Assembly: GCA_049322255.1 (NCBI GenBank)
Contig: JBMORE010000020.1
Coordinates: 1-34,165, forward strand
Reading direction: 5' to 3'
Length of the DNA stretch: 34,165 nt
DNA from: Myxococcota bacterium
GTDB lineage: Bacteria > Myxococcota > Myxococcia > Myxococcales > Myxococcaceae
Shown: one piece after another, positions 28,334-34,165 of the stretch
Layout of the letters: each line of letters starts with the position of its first letter
Numbering within the stretch: position 1 is the first letter of the stretch
The notes under the pieces: model-generated
What the model was told of the DNA's origin: nothing
The model's input: only the letters and a program-made list of their open reading frames with translations
Database searches by the model: none
Program-made: the position numbers and the translations under genes

Positions 28334-28381
28334 CCTGAATTTACTCATGAGTAATTTAAGATTAGCCTGAAATCACTCATG
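28334..28381. promoter_or_regulatory. Putative operator: perfect palindrome TTACTCATGAGTAA (28341-28354) plus a 16-bp direct repeat overlapping the start codon
   Basis: cctgaatttactcatg (28334-28349) and cctgaaatcactcatg (28366-28381) lie in an AT-rich patch. Confidence 0.55.
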
Positions 28382-29545
28382 CGGCAGCTTCCGTACAAGA
28401 GGTACCTCGTCGATGCGATCTGGGGAGACCTGCGGGAAGGGAAGATGGCCTTCGTCGGAGGCCCGCGGCTGGTAGGGAAGACGACGCTGGCCCTGGGCTT
28501 CCTCAGGGAGGGGAACCATAGGCCGGCAGCTGAGGACCACCCAGCGTATCTCAATTGGGACGCTCAGCCGGCGAAGGCCGCCCTGCTGCGAGGCGAGCTC
28601 CCTCCGCGCCAGCCGCTCTTGGTTCTGGACGAGATCCACAAGTTCGCCCGCTGGCGAAACCTCGTGAAGGGCCTCCACGACACCCACAAGTCGAAGGTGC
28701 GCTTCATCGTGACCGGGTCGGCGAGGCTGGACTACTACCGTCGAGGCGGGGACTCCCTGCTGGGCAGGTACCACTACTTCCGGCTCCATCCTTTCTCACT
28801 GAGGGAAATGACGAGTGAGCCGAGCCGGGAGGACGTCGAGTCCCTGCTGCGCTTCGGCGGTTTTCCCGAGCCGTTGGCCCGCCAATCGGAAACCGCTTGG
28901 CGGCGGTGGCAGCGAGAGCGGCTGCAGAGGGTGCTCCGCGAAGACCTGCGGGACTTGGAGCGCGTTCGAGAGGTCAGCCTCATCGAGCTTCTGATGGATT
29001 CCTTGCCGGAGCGCGTGGGGTCGCCGCTTTCGGTGAGGAGCTTGAGCGATCACCTGCAGGTAGCTCACGAGAGCGTGGAGCGATGGCTTTCCATCCTCGA
29101 GAGGCTCTACCTGTGCTTTCGCATCCTTCCCTTCGGGGCCGCGAAAATCCGTGCGGTGAAGAAGGAGAAGAAGCTTTACTTCTGGGACTGGTCGGCAAAT
29201 CCGAACCCCGGCGCGCGCTTCGAAAACCTGGTCGCCTCACAGCTGCTCAAGTACTGCCATTTCAGGGAGGACACACTCGGGCACTCAATGGAGCTTCGCT
29301 TCATTCGGGACACCGACAAGCGTGAAATCGACTTCGTCGTCCTCGAGGACAAACGTCCGGTCTTCGCCGTGGAGTGCAAGAACGGCGAAACCGCCCCCAG
29401 TCCCGCGGCGTACTACTTTCGCGAGCGAACGAAAATCCCGCGCTTCTACCAGGTGCACCTTGGCACCAAAGACTACGGCAACGAGGAAACGGCGGTGCGG
29501 GTGCTGCCCTTTGGTCAATTCTGCCAAGAGAGCCTGATGCCCTGA
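28379..29545 (+). CDS. AAA_14/DUF4143 family ATPase with a C-terminal PD-(D/E)xK-like domain
   Basis: Walker A GPRLVGKTT, Walker B LLVLDEIH, IVTGSA, DSLLGR, GGFPE, KKLYFWD, FENLV, EIDFVV...AVECK. Confidence 0.92.
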   Translation: MRQLPYKRYLVDAIWGDLREGKMAFVGGPRLVGKTTLALGFLREGNHRPAAEDHPAYLNWDAQPAKAALLRGELPPRQPLLVLDEIHKFARWRNLVKGLHDTHKSKVRFIVTGSARLDYYRRGGDSLLGRYHYFRLHPFSLREMTSEPSREDVESLLRFGGFPEPLARQSETAWRRWQRERLQRVLREDLRDLERVREVSLIELLMDSLPERVGSPLSVRSLSDHLQVAHESVERWLSILERLYLCFRILPFGAAKIRAVKKEKKLYFWDWSANPNPGARFENLVASQLLKYCHFREDTLGHSMELRFIRDTDKREIDFVVLEDKRPVFAVECKNGETAPSPAAYYFRERTKIPRFYQVHLGTKDYGNEETAVRVLPFGQFCQESLMP

Positions 29546-29611
29546 GTGGCCGGACCGGACGCTCTCCCTCGTCTCCAAGCGTTCCGACGACCGCGCCCCA
29601 CGCGGCGAACG

Positions 29612-29644
29612 AGTTGCAATCGGCTTGAACCTCTGTTCAGTTGA
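29612..29644 (+). promoter_or_regulatory. 33-bp direct repeat, copy 2, containing a putative LexA (SOS) box TGAAC-CTCT-GTTCA (29626-29639) upstream of lhr
   Basis: Perfect TGAAC-N4-GTTCA palindrome resembling the Myxococcus-type/GAAC-N4-GTTC LexA site. It is preceded by TTGCAA (-35-like) and sits directly before a DNA-repair helicase. Confidence 0.65.
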
Positions 29645-29650
29645 GCGTTG

Positions 29651-34041
<4,391 letters not shown>

Positions 34042-34045
<4 letters not shown>

Positions 34046-34165
34046 AGAGCTGACCCGGTTAGGTCGAGTGAGGCGAGGGCCCGAAGGTTGACGAGGGCGG
34101 CATGTCGTCGTTGGTCGAAGAGGTTCTTCCGGATGCCGCGGTAACGGGCTCGCTTCCCTGAGCGG
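34042..34165 (-). mobile_element. 3' end of a probable IS1182-like (DDE) transposase gene; 5'-partial
   Basis: The minus frame reads RSGKRARYRGIRKNLFDQRRHAALVNL...SAL*, resembling the RARYRG..KN C-terminal motif of IS1182/IS5-type transposases. The stop lies inside CTAG 34042-34045. Confidence 0.6.

Noticed and set aside
28201..29644. CRISPR interpretation of the 33-bp repeat (its reverse complement ends ...ATTGCAAC)
   Set aside because: There are only two copies 1.4 kb apart, no spacer-sized periodicity and no cas genes in the window. A promoter/LexA-box duplication explains it better.

Overview
GC-rich chromosomal segment, very likely from a Myxococcota bacterium (three MYXO-CTERM-type sorting signals, a myxobacterial-type LexA-like box) and probably a draft or metagenomic scaffold (100-N gap flanked by a 127-bp duplication). 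In order, it contains: (1) a large minus-strand FG-GAP (integrin-alpha-like) surface protein with 14 blades, which is missing from the ORF track because it runs off the left edge; (2) a TIGR01777 epimerase; (3) a decayed patch with a frameshifted Uma2 nuclease and a WYL-type HTH fragment; (4) a TPAT-type TRAP transporter (TatT-DctP-DctQ-DctM), followed co-directionally by a doubly anchored lipoprotein, a FabL-like SDR with His in place of the catalytic Tyr, an integrin-beta-like VWA lipoprotein and a DUF11/Ca-repeat MYXO-CTERM protein; (5) a MarR-MFP-RND-TolC efflux operon; (6) an MFS transporter, a small putative beta-barrel, a class V PLP enzyme and an alpha/beta hydrolase; (7) an AAA_14/DUF4143 ATPase bracketed by a 33-bp direct repeat that carries a LexA-like box; (8) a large Lhr helicase with REP-like palindromes inserted in frame; (9) the 3' tip of a probable IS1182-like transposase ending at CTAG. 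All calls come from reading motifs by eye; no database searches were run.
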